The position numbers and the translations under genes were made by a program. Below are positions 26,695 through 35,848 of a stretch of 64,000 nucleotides of DNA, piece after piece. Numbering within the stretch: the stretch's first letter is position 1; each line of letters opens with the position of its first letter. The DNA is taken from positions 6,900-70,899 of the forward strand of contig CANRBQ010000001.1 of NCBI GenBank assembly GCA_947628905.1, given 5' to 3'. The notes beneath the pieces were generated by a model. The model did not search any database. It was not told the origin of the DNA and saw nothing but the letters and a program-made list of their open reading frames with translations. The stretch is from an uncultured Bacilli bacterium (lineage in GTDB: Bacteria; Bacillota_I; Bacilli_A; RF39; UBA660).

Positions 26695-27447
26695 ATGCAA
26701 TTTGGATATGCATTACTTTTATCTTTTGTAGCGGGACTTGCCACGGTAATTGGAGGTTTAATTATCTTTTTTAAATTTAAGGAAGATAATATAAATAAAT
26801 TTATTGTTGGAGCTTTAGCATTTTCTTTAACAATTATGATTGGTATTAGTATAACGGATCTAATACCAGAATCTACCTATGTATTACTAAGTAACTTGGG
26901 AATATCTAAAGGAATTATTTATTCTTTTTTGGCTTTTTTATTAGGAATATTAGCTATTAAATATTTAAATGTTATTACAAAACGTATGGAACAAAAGAAT
27001 GATTTATATAAGTTAGGTATATTAAATATGATAGCTTTAATATTACATAATTTTCCTGAAGGGATAGCAACATTTATGAGTACTTATAAAGATTTTAATT
27101 TAGGACTTAAGCTTACGGTCGCTATTGCAATGCATAATATTCCTGAAGGTATTGCTATTGCGGTACCTATATATTATGCAACAAAGTCAAAAGGGGAGGC
27201 TTTATTAAAAACTTTATTGTCTGGAATTGCAGAACCAATCGGGGCTATAATTGCATTTATATTTTTAAGTAAATATATAAGTAATACGCTTATTAGTTTA
27301 ATTTTAATTTTAGTTGGAGGGATAATGATAACTTTAGCTATAGAAGTTATTTATCCTAAAGTACAAAAATATAATATCAAAAGTATGACTATATTAGGAA
27401 TATTTTTAGCTATTTGTTTATTAAGTATAAGTATTGTTTTAAGTTAA
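26695..27447 (+). CDS. zupT: ZIP-family zinc transporter ZupT
   Basis: Two HNxPEG motifs (HNFPEGIATF, HNIPEGIAIA) and 8 TM helices. Confidence 0.8.
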   Translation: MQFGYALLLSFVAGLATVIGGLIIFFKFKEDNINKFIVGALAFSLTIMIGISITDLIPESTYVLLSNLGISKGIIYSFLAFLLGILAIKYLNVITKRMEQKNDLYKLGILNMIALILHNFPEGIATFMSTYKDFNLGLKLTVAIAMHNIPEGIAIAVPIYYATKSKGEALLKTLLSGIAEPIGAIIAFIFLSKYISNTLISLILILVGGIMITLAIEVIYPKVQKYNIKSMTILGIFLAICLLSISIVLS

Positions 27448-27851
27448 TTAGGAGATGGTTATATATAATTATGTATAGAAGAATTTTATTTTCAAAGATT
27501 GAAGTTAACATAATATACATTTTGCGAAGTATTATTTTTGGGAATAAAAAATTTAGTTTTTATTAAGAATAATTATTTTTAAATGTAATTATAAGTTATA
27601 TCTAGTTATGTTATAGTTGTTTATTTTAATTTAGTTAATTAATAAATTTAAATTCAAAAATTTTTTTAATTAAATTTTAATTTGATAATTATTTATAACC
27701 TTATTATATAATTAAATAAGGTTAATATATGCGCGTATATCTTTATTTATATATATAATAAGGTTATATATTATATATTTTATTATAAATTATAAAAGAG
27801 GGGTTTTATTTTAAGAAAATGGAGATAAGAGGGGAAAAGAAAAATGAACAA

Positions 27852-28673
27852 TTATTTTTGTTCACTTTTAGTCCAATAGTAGCTATCTTTATTTTTCATA
27901 TAAGTATGGCGATATAACATACCATATTTTTTCATAAATTTAGCTTTTTCTTCTTGGGATAAAGTACTAAAGCCCCCTTCTAATTTTTTTAGAGCTTTAG
28001 AACAGTCTTCATTTTCATTATCATTACTATTTGTCATATAACATTTATCTTCTGAAACTTTTAAGAAATAATCATATATATTTATTTCACCACTTCTTTT
28101 TTCTATTGCTTTATCAATTAAACGATAGATTGTGGCTGTAGGAGCTAAAGATACAGTAAATGTCTCAGCAGCGCCACAGTAATATGTCTCCCCTTCTAAA
28201 TAACAAGCATCATCATTGGTAATATAGAACTCTTCATGATCTTTTATATCAGTTCCATATAGGCTTTTATATGCATTATTTAAATCTTCTTTTTTTATGG
28301 TTTCATATGCACATTCATCTGTTTCTTCACCAGTTATAAATGTTATTTTCTCCCCTATTTTACATATTTTATTATCGTTTTTGTTTTTACCAGTACTTTT
28401 ACTAGTGTTAGCCTCTTTTTGTTCTTTTTCTAAATTGTAATATGCCATACATAATAAATTAGAATTATTTATACTATCTTTAGTTACAGATGAACTATTA
28501 TAAGCATTTAAACCTCCACAGTGGTAAACATCCACTTCGCCTAAATAACTATATAATTCATTAATAAGTTTATCTTCAATATTAAGTTTTTTATCTCCAA
28601 CAAAGCATAGAGCAATAATTATTGCTATTATGCATAGAATAGTGATTGTAATAAATATATTTTTCTTTTTCAT
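27852..28673 (-). CDS. secreted Cys-rich protein (signal peptide)
   Basis: N-terminal hydrophobic signal MKKKNIFITITILCIIAIIIALCF, then a mature region with many cysteines. Confidence 0.45.
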   Translation of the reverse strand: MKKKNIFITITILCIIAIIIALCFVGDKKLNIEDKLINELYSYLGEVDVYHCGGLNAYNSSSVTKDSINNSNLLCMAYYNLEKEQKEANTSKSTGKNKNDNKICKIGEKITFITGEETDECAYETIKKEDLNNAYKSLYGTDIKDHEEFYITNDDACYLEGETYYCGAAETFTVSLAPTATIYRLIDKAIEKRSGEINIYDYFLKVSEDKCYMTNSNDNENEDCSKALKKLEGGFSTLSQEEKAKFMKKYGMLYRHTYMKNKDSYYWTKSEQK

Positions 28674-28688
28674 ACTGCCTCTTTTTTG

Positions 28689-29465
28689 TTATACCTTTCG
28701 TGATTGTATTTCTGCTATTTTTTCAAATACCTCTGCGGCATTTGATTCATTTATTTGATTATATCCAAGTTCTCTTAAAGCTTGAATTTTAATGGTATTT
28801 AATTGTTGGGTTCGACTTAATTTTTCTTCATTTTTTTGTTCTATTTCTTGAACAAAACGTTTGTGACTTTCTTGTAATTTACTCTTACTAGCTCCCCCAT
28901 TGTTGTATAAAGTTAGCGCAGAATATAAGATTCCTTCAAAAATAAATTGATGTTCTTCGTCAAAGACATATTCTTCTGGACTAATAAATCCCGTTGTTTT
29001 AGACATGTAACCGAGAATATATTTAATTTCGGGAACATTATCCATAGATTGTAGCATATGATATAAATAATTCATAGCGTGGAAATTTTCTTCTTTTTTA
29101 TTTTCGTCTAAGAGTTTTTCTTTTATAAGATAGGTAATGTCAGCGATTAAGGTTTGTTCTTCTTTTTCTAAGCCACGCATATCAAAGTAGTTGTCCATAT
29201 CACTTGAGCTTTTAACTCCTTGATTAAGTCTATTTTCTACTGCCATTAAATAATCGGTAGTAATTTTAATTTTTTTGATCGTTGATTCTTCTCCATCTTC
29301 AATATCTAATAATTTAAGTAATAATATCTTTTTTTCTTTGGGCCATTTATTTATGTCTTCTAATTCTAAATAATTATAAACCATTTGACGTGATACATTT
29401 AAATATTTGGCTAAACGAACTTTAGATATCCCTAATTCTTGTAATAATTCATTTAAACTATTCAT
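28689..29465 (-). CDS. XRE-type HTH transcriptional regulator with helical C-terminal domain
   Basis: N-terminal HTH LQELGISKVRLAKYLNVSRQMVYNYL. It has its own TTGACA-N18-TATAAT promoter. Confidence 0.55.
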   Translation of the reverse strand: MNSLNELLQELGISKVRLAKYLNVSRQMVYNYLELEDINKWPKEKKILLLKLLDIEDGEESTIKKIKITTDYLMAVENRLNQGVKSSSDMDNYFDMRGLEKEEQTLIADITYLIKEKLLDENKKEENFHAMNYLYHMLQSMDNVPEIKYILGYMSKTTGFISPEEYVFDEEHQFIFEGILYSALTLYNNGGASKSKLQESHKRFVQEIEQKNEEKLSRTQQLNTIKIQALRELGYNQINESNAAEVFEKIAEIQSRKV

Positions 29466-29543
29466 TTTCCATCTTTCTCCCTTTTACATTAACATTATAA
29501 TGTACTTAACACTTAGTTGTCAAGTGAATAGTTAAATAAATGT

Positions 29544-30470
29544 TTAATTTAAATTAAAATATTGGTCATTTATTACTATACATTTAATAGTATCTATGTC
29601 AACAAATTTTTCATTTTTATAATAATACGAATAAGTATCTTCTATATTTCCAGAATTAGCATCGAGTCTTAAAATCATTTTTTTACCATCATCAAATTCT
29701 ATATATGAATTTCTATCATTGTTAGAATTTAATAAATTAGTTTCTATATCCATGATTTCTTCGTCACTTAAAGTATTTACATCTTTATTATATTCAAATA
29801 GTATCATAACTCTAAAAGGCGTAATTTTTATTTCTTTTATTTTAGCTATTAGATCATTATTGGTATAGACAATATCATCAAATAAAATTCTTTTTTCTTT
29901 AATATTATTTTTTATAAGTTCAAAAGTAATATCATAAGTATTATTGTCACTATCTATTAAGTTAATAGTTATTTCTTTTTTATATCCGATATCTATGGAA
30001 AAATTAAGTAAATAACTATTAATATTGCCTTCGGTAGAATTAAGAGCAAAGCCTCCATCATCAAAACTATTTTTAACATAATAACTATCAAGATATATTA
30101 AATCATTTTTTCCTTCAATATCAATTAAAATATAAACTTCTTTTTCATCCATGATAGTTTGTTTAACAGTTATTTTAGCATTATCAAATTCAAATGTTTT
30201 ATTAATATCGTTACCATCTAGACCAATATTTTCTATATCTTCTTCTTTTATATCAAAGAAATTTTTAAATTTATTATCTAATTTAAAAGTTTTTACTATG
30301 CCATAAGAAGTTCCTATAAGAAATGTAAAAACAATTAATATAAGAGCAAATCTTAATATATATACTGGTAATTTCTTTTTTGGTGTTTTAGATATAATAT
30401 TGTGATATATTCTATTTTTATCGGCATCATTTAATTTAATTTTATCGATATCTTTTTTTATTTTATTCAT
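29544..30470 (-). CDS. putative anti-sigma factor (single-pass membrane protein)
   Basis: Short cytoplasmic N-terminus, one TM (LRFALILIVFTFLIGTSYGIV) and an extracytoplasmic domain. Its start overlaps the stop of the ECF sigma gene (TAATG). Confidence 0.5.
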   Translation of the reverse strand: MNKIKKDIDKIKLNDADKNRIYHNIISKTPKKKLPVYILRFALILIVFTFLIGTSYGIVKTFKLDNKFKNFFDIKEEDIENIGLDGNDINKTFEFDNAKITVKQTIMDEKEVYILIDIEGKNDLIYLDSYYVKNSFDDGGFALNSTEGNINSYLLNFSIDIGYKKEITINLIDSDNNTYDITFELIKNNIKEKRILFDDIVYTNNDLIAKIKEIKITPFRVMILFEYNKDVNTLSDEEIMDIETNLLNSNNDRNSYIEFDDGKKMILRLDANSGNIEDTYSYYYKNEKFVDIDTIKCIVINDQYFNLN

Positions 30471-30934
30471 TAGAAATCACTCCCTAATTTTTCTTTTAAT
30501 ATTTGTCTACCACGATTTAAAAGAGAATAGACAGTATTTTCTTTAATATGTAATATACTCGCAATTTCAGGACAAGTATAACCTTCATAATAATATAAAT
30601 ATATAGGAGTTTTATATTTAGCTGGTAAATTTAAAATATATGGTAAAGTATCATCGGTTTTTGGAGTTTCTTCGATATCAAAATCTAATTCTTTATTTTT
30701 ATTCCACCAATGTTTAACTTTATTTTTACAATAATTATGAGTAGTAATAATAAACCAAGCTTTAGTATGTTCTTCATTTTTAAAGACAATATTTTTTTCG
30801 ATTACTTTTAAGAAAATAGACTGAATAGCATCTTCTATATCGGCTTTATTACCTTTAAAATATAGGTAACAAATTTTATAAATCATATCTACATAAGTAT
30901 TATATAAGTTTTGTAATTTATCTTCATTTTGCAC
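30470..30934 (-). CDS. ECF-type sigma-70 family sigma factor
   Basis: Region 2 (DIEDAIQSIFLKVIEK) and region 4 HTH (YEGYTCPEIASILHIKENTVYSLLNRGRQILKEKL). Confidence 0.7.
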   Translation of the reverse strand: MQNEDKLQNLYNTYVDMIYKICYLYFKGNKADIEDAIQSIFLKVIEKNIVFKNEEHTKAWFIITTHNYCKNKVKHWWNKNKELDFDIEETPKTDDTLPYILNLPAKYKTPIYLYYYEGYTCPEIASILHIKENTVYSLLNRGRQILKEKLGSDF

Positions 30935-30946
30935 AATATATACTCC

Positions 30947-32197
30947 TTAATCAATATTTTGGCTATAATATTCTTCATCAGATATAGTTACTTTATCATC
31001 AGCTTGATTATAAATTTTATTTAATGGAATTATGGTTAGTTCATAATATTTATTATCACTAATTAAATCTTTTTTATCTAAAGTATAGGTAGCATTTTTA
31101 ATTAAATCATCAATATTAATTCGATAAGAATAAGCTTCGCCTAAAATTAGAGTATTATCAGATAATATTTTTAAACTTGGATAATAAAGTTTTCCTGTAT
31201 CAATGTCGGCTTGAGAGGTATTTTTGAGATTTATTTGATGGATTAGACCATCTTTTTTCAAATATAAAGTATAAGGGGCTTTATCAAGATCAAAATTGGA
31301 ATTCTTTTTAATTACGGCGATAGTATCATTTAAAACAAAAACAGGTGAAGTTGGCTGGATATCTGATATTTCTTCATTAATTTTTTTAGTTTTTAAATCA
31401 TATGAATACAATTTATAATAAGTATCACGATAATCTTCAGTCTCAATATCTTTATCATACGCGGCATAATATAATTTATTATTATCTAAATACATATAAG
31501 CTTGGAGAGATCCTTTATTATAATGGGTAGTTAGTAATTCTGTTTTTAAGTCTTCTGTTACTTTATATATACTAAAATTCTTTTTGTTATTTAAAATAGA
31601 ATCTATAGAAACATAATATGTATCATTATCTTTAATTACCGTAGGATTTACCGGGAAAGCATTGGGCTTGTCTTCAATTGTAATAACCGTATCTACTTCA
31701 AGAATGATATCCTCTTCTTTGGTTTTAAGATTTACTCTTTTAAGGATTTGATGAAATTTAGTTCCTTCATCATATGTTGAACCATCATCATATGTAAAGG
31801 TAAAAACATATTCATCATCTATATATGGGACGTATATAACATCATCTATGGTCATTACTTCTGTTACTTTTTCTTCTTTAATATCAAAATAAGAGATTGT
31901 AACTGAACTTTTTTCTTCATAGTTATAATTATAAAAATAAATTTTATCTTCACCATAATAAATATGTTCATTAGGATCAGTTTCAATGGTAAAAGATGTT
32001 TTTTTGCCATTTTTATAATAAGTTAAAGTTCCTTCTTTAAGATATAATCCTTCGTTTATAGTATCACTGTTATTTTCGTTAATATTATCATTTGGTTTAT
32101 TTTTAGATAAAAATCCTTTTATACCAAGAGCCCCGATGATTAATATTAACGCAATAATTATTCCTAATATTATTCTTTTTTTCATAAAATATAACAC
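30947..32197 (-). CDS. membrane-anchored extracellular protein (Tyr/Asp-rich, possibly beta-propeller-like)
   Basis: N-terminal TM (RIILGIIIALILIIGALGI). 13 nt upstream of the ECF sigma gene on the same strand. Confidence 0.45.
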   Translation of the reverse strand: MLYFMKKRIILGIIIALILIIGALGIKGFLSKNKPNDNINENNSDTINEGLYLKEGTLTYYKNGKKTSFTIETDPNEHIYYGEDKIYFYNYNYEEKSSVTISYFDIKEEKVTEVMTIDDVIYVPYIDDEYVFTFTYDDGSTYDEGTKFHQILKRVNLKTKEEDIILEVDTVITIEDKPNAFPVNPTVIKDNDTYYVSIDSILNNKKNFSIYKVTEDLKTELLTTHYNKGSLQAYMYLDNNKLYYAAYDKDIETEDYRDTYYKLYSYDLKTKKINEEISDIQPTSPVFVLNDTIAVIKKNSNFDLDKAPYTLYLKKDGLIHQINLKNTSQADIDTGKLYYPSLKILSDNTLILGEAYSYRINIDDLIKNATYTLDKKDLISDNKYYELTIIPLNKIYNQADDKVTISDEEYYSQNID

Positions 32198-32242
32198 CTT
32201 CTATTTATAATACAATTAAACTATCTAAAACCTTGCATAAAA

Positions 32243-33346
32243 TTAACATAAATACCAAAGTTTTTCACCATTTTTATAGACATCTTTAATAAAACCACAG
32301 CCTAAACATTTTTCACCATCATAGAAAACACATGCTTGTCCTGGAGTTACGGCTTTAGCTAAACTTGGATATTTAATTTTAATATAATCATCTTTTATTT
32401 CTTCTACTATTATAGGAATTTCTTCTCCTCGATAGCGGAATTTAGCAGTTAATTTAGAGGGAAGATTATCCATTAAGTTAATATTATCTAATGTACAGGA
32501 ATCACTATAAAGATATTTACTATCTCCAAAAGCAACATATAAGATATTATCTTTAACATTTTTACCACAGACATAATGTCTTTCTTTATTACCACTTATA
32601 CCTACATTACGACGTTGACCAATAGTATAATTCATGAGACCTGTATGTTTACCAATTATTTCATTTGTTTCTACATCAATTATATTTCCTGGATTAGGCT
32701 TTAAGTAATTGCGAATAAAATCTTGGTAATGTCTTTCACCAATGAAACAAATGCCAGTAGAATCTTTTTTTTGAGCAACATTTAAACCAGCTTCGAGTGC
32801 TATTTTTCTTACTTCAGGTTTGGTATAATCTCCAAGAGGAAATAAAACATTAGTTAATTGTTCTTTAGTAATATCGGCGAGAAAATAAGTTTGATCTTTA
32901 TTATTATCTTTAGCTTTATATAAAGTATTATTTTTTACTTTAGCATAATGGCCTGTAGCAATATAATCGGCCCCTAGTTTAAGAGCTTCTTTTTTAAATA
33001 AATCAAATTTAATAAATTTATTGCATAATAAATCTGGATTAGGTGTTCTCCCCTTTTTTAATTCTTCTAAAAAATAGGTAAAAACATAATCCCAATATTC
33101 TTTAATAAAATCTACACGATGAAGTTTAATACCAAGAATTTCACAAGCTTTTAAAGCATCATTATAGTCTTGTTCTTGAGGGCAAATATTTTCATTTAAA
33201 TTAGGATTACCTAAAGTGTCATTATTTAACATAGCATCCCAATTACGCATAAATAAACCCTCTACTTCATAGCCTTCTTTTTTTAATAATAAGGCAGCGA
33301 CTGCAGAGTCTACTCCCCCACTTATTCCCACGATAACTTTTTTCAT
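32243..33346 (-). CDS. mnmA: tRNA-specific 2-thiouridylase
   Basis: PP-loop VIVGISGGVDSAVAA and catalytic Cys region. 367 aa. Confidence 0.9.
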   Translation of the reverse strand: MKKVIVGISGGVDSAVAALLLKKEGYEVEGLFMRNWDAMLNNDTLGNPNLNENICPQEQDYNDALKACEILGIKLHRVDFIKEYWDYVFTYFLEELKKGRTPNPDLLCNKFIKFDLFKKEALKLGADYIATGHYAKVKNNTLYKAKDNNKDQTYFLADITKEQLTNVLFPLGDYTKPEVRKIALEAGLNVAQKKDSTGICFIGERHYQDFIRNYLKPNPGNIIDVETNEIIGKHTGLMNYTIGQRRNVGISGNKERHYVCGKNVKDNILYVAFGDSKYLYSDSCTLDNINLMDNLPSKLTAKFRYRGEEIPIIVEEIKDDYIKIKYPSLAKAVTPGQACVFYDGEKCLGCGFIKDVYKNGEKLWYLC

Positions 33347-33392
33347 AACACATCACGTAGTTATTATATCACACGAATATATGTTTCGCAAT

Positions 33393-34058
33393 TTATTTTA
33401 AAATGAACACTAATTTTAGAAGAATTTTATGAGCAAAGAAATATATTATAATATCATTTATAATAATAATTATCATACATAAAGAAATAATTTTAATTCT
33501 TTTATTAAAGTTATAGGTTTTTTCACTTTTATATTTTAGATTATTTAGAATATCTTTAGTTAATTTTTTAATTTGTTTAAATATTATTAATATTAATATT
33601 AAATATAGGCCTTTAGTTAAAATATTATAAATAAGAGAAAATATAAGACCTTTGAATTTAAAAATATGATAAAAAATAAATAAATTATAATTTAAACATA
33701 TACTTTCAAATAAAATATATATAGGAAATATAAATATACTTAAACCAATTAGAGATAAACTTAATAATATTCCTAAAAAAATAAAATGGAGAGGTAATAA
33801 ATTTAGGGAATTACTTAAATATGTATTGATATTAGTTATCTCATTTATAATTAATTCGTTATTTAAATGATGATATAAAATGAAACTGATAAAAAGACTA
33901 ATAAGATATATAATAAGACTTAATTGGAAGATTTTAGGAAGTTTAGTGCGACTTTTCATGATATCACCATTAAATTGTATTGAAAAAAAATAGAAAATAT
34001 GATAAATTATAGATAGAAGAAAAGAAATGGTGATGTATATGAATAAAAAAGCTCGCAA
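33393..34058 (-). CDS. hypothetical polytopic membrane protein (possibly spurious AT-rich ORF)
   Basis: Extremely F/I/L-rich with a TTG start in the track. A possible real start is at MKSRTKLPKIF. Confidence 0.3.
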   Translation of the reverse strand: MRAFLFIYITISFLLSIIYHIFYFFSIQFNGDIMKSRTKLPKIFQLSLIIYLISLFISFILYHHLNNELIINEITNINTYLSNSLNLLPLHFIFLGILLSLSLIGLSIFIFPIYILFESICLNYNLFIFYHIFKFKGLIFSLIYNILTKGLYLILILIIFKQIKKLTKDILNNLKYKSEKTYNFNKRIKIISLCMIIIIINDIIIYFFAHKILLKLVFILK

Positions 34059-34144
34059 GATATTTGCTTGGTGTATGTTATTAGCAATGGTAGCAAGTGT
34101 TGTAGCAACAATTGTTTCTTATATGCTTTAATAATATAAAAAAA

Positions 34145-34219
34145 GTAGTTCTGAATAATTTGGATAAGTAACTGTATTTAATATTTGTTTTCAGGAGTGT
34201 AGGTGTAATTCAGAACTAC
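34145..34219. repeat. 12-bp inverted repeat with about 51-nt spacer flanked by A/T runs (copy B; bidirectional terminator-like)
   Basis: AAAAGTAGTTCTGAAT ... ATTCAGAACTACGCTTTTT. It lies between the murF stop (minus strand) and a 30-codon ORF on the plus strand. Confidence 0.5.
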
Positions 34220-34255
34220 GCTTTTTATTTTACTCAAAAATTTAGAAAATAGCAA

Positions 34256-34283
34256 GAAAAAGCGTTCGACAAAATTCGACATA
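34256..34283 (+). promoter_or_regulatory. conserved 28-nt motif copy B (GAAAAAGCGTTCGACAAAATTCGACATA)
   Basis: 27 of 28 positions identical to 22510-22537. Directly abuts the murF stop codon. Confidence 0.5.
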
Positions 34284-34287
34284 ATAT

Positions 34288-35649
34288 TTATATCTTGTCT
34301 ACTATTTCTTTAAAATTCATATCATGAGATGCTTTTATAAGAATAATAGCATTTTCTTTTTTAATACTATTTAAATATTTAATAGCTTCTTCATTGTTTT
34401 TAAAATTATGGGATAGATTATTATTAAAACCTTCTTCTTTGGCTTCAATATTAATATAATTAGCAAGATCTCCGACGGTTATTAATTCATCTATATGGTT
34501 TTTTACAATAAGTTTACCAATGTTACGATGAATTTCTTCACCCCAATTGCCTAATTCTAGGATATCCCCTAAAACGGCTATTTTAGGATTATTAAAACTA
34601 CTTAATACTTCTAGAGCATAATAAACAGAATCATAACTAGCATTATAAGTGTCATCAATAATAGTATAATTATTTTTATTAATTATTTCCATACGACTTT
34701 TTTCTAAATTTAAATTCTTTAAACTATTTATTATTTGGGAGTGAGAAATATTATATAAATCTCCAATAGCAAAAGCTACTAAAGAATTATAAATAAAATG
34801 TTTACCTAATACGTTTATACTTACTTTTTCATCTAATATATTAAAATGACTACCTAACTTGTCATAGCTTAGATTTTGAGCTTTATAATCACTAGAAGTA
34901 TCTATACCATAAGTAATAACTTTATTAGGTATTCTAGTTGTTTTATACCAGTTTGATAATAAATCATTATCATTATTAATTATTAATGGACCAGTTAAAC
35001 CTTCTAATATTTCTAGTTTCGCTTTTAAGATATTTTCTCTACTACCAAGATTACCTATATGAGCAGTACCAATGTTAGTAATAACTGCAACATCAGGTTT
35101 AGCTATTTTAGTTAGTTCCGATATTTCTCCAAATTTATTCATACCCATTTCTAAGACGATTATTTCTTCATCAGTTAAAGATAAAATAGTTAACGCTAAT
35201 CCTATATTAGTATTTAAGTTACCACTTGTTTTTAAAACTTTATATTTTGTTGATAGAACATCGGCGATAATATTTTTAGTACTAGTTTTACCAACACTTC
35301 CTGTTACGGCGATTATTGGAATATTTAATTCTTTTCTTTTATTCGTGGCAAGTTCAATTAAAAAATTAATACTATCTTGAACAATTATAATATTACAATT
35401 AGGATATTTATTAAGAATATTATTATTTAAAGAAATATTACTTAAAATACAGGTTTTAGCGCCCTTTTTTAAAGCTTCTTCATAAAAAGTATTACCATCA
35501 TAAACTTCGCCTTTAATACCTATATAAGTATCCCCTTTTTGAATAGTTCTAGTGTCTTTGGAAATATTAGTTAAATAATCTTCAGGATTACCTTTAATTA
35601 ATTTAGCTTCATTTATATTTAATATATCTTTTATTTTAATTTGTAACAT
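34288..35649 (-). CDS. murF: UDP-N-acetylmuramoyl-tripeptide--D-alanyl-D-alanine ligase
   Basis: Mur ligase P-loop IAVTGSVGKTSTKN and overall domain order. Confidence 0.85.
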   Translation of the reverse strand: MLQIKIKDILNINEAKLIKGNPEDYLTNISKDTRTIQKGDTYIGIKGEVYDGNTFYEEALKKGAKTCILSNISLNNNILNKYPNCNIIIVQDSINFLIELATNKRKELNIPIIAVTGSVGKTSTKNIIADVLSTKYKVLKTSGNLNTNIGLALTILSLTDEEIIVLEMGMNKFGEISELTKIAKPDVAVITNIGTAHIGNLGSRENILKAKLEILEGLTGPLIINNDNDLLSNWYKTTRIPNKVITYGIDTSSDYKAQNLSYDKLGSHFNILDEKVSINVLGKHFIYNSLVAFAIGDLYNISHSQIINSLKNLNLEKSRMEIINKNNYTIIDDTYNASYDSVYYALEVLSSFNNPKIAVLGDILELGNWGEEIHRNIGKLIVKNHIDELITVGDLANYINIEAKEEGFNNNLSHNFKNNEEAIKYLNSIKKENAIILIKASHDMNFKEIVDKI

Positions 35650-35826
35650 ATAATCACTTCCTATTTAATTATATCATTATTTATGAAAGTTTAATATTAA
35701 TTTTAAGAACAAAAAAATAAAATTACATTTATTTTCAATTTCACCTTAGGTTATTTTATTTTTTCAATATCAGTTCGTTATATTTGAACTATAAAAATTA
35801 GATATAACTTTCCTATTATATAAAAA

Positions 35827-35842
35827 AGAGGTTTAATCCTCT
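35827..35842 (-). terminator. intrinsic terminator downstream of lon
   Basis: AGAGG-TTTAAT-CCTCT hairpin with a U-run on the minus strand. Confidence 0.55.
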
Positions 35843-35848
35843 AATTTA

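Noticed and set aside
27448-27851. 400-nt AT-rich intergenic region with AAGGTTA-containing inverted repeats (ATAACCTTATT...AATAAGGTTAAT) and a 31-codon ORF
   Set aside because: The ORF has poor RBS spacing. The repeats are short and AT-rich and could arise by chance between convergent genes. Only the terminator hairpin at 27838-27872 is convincing.
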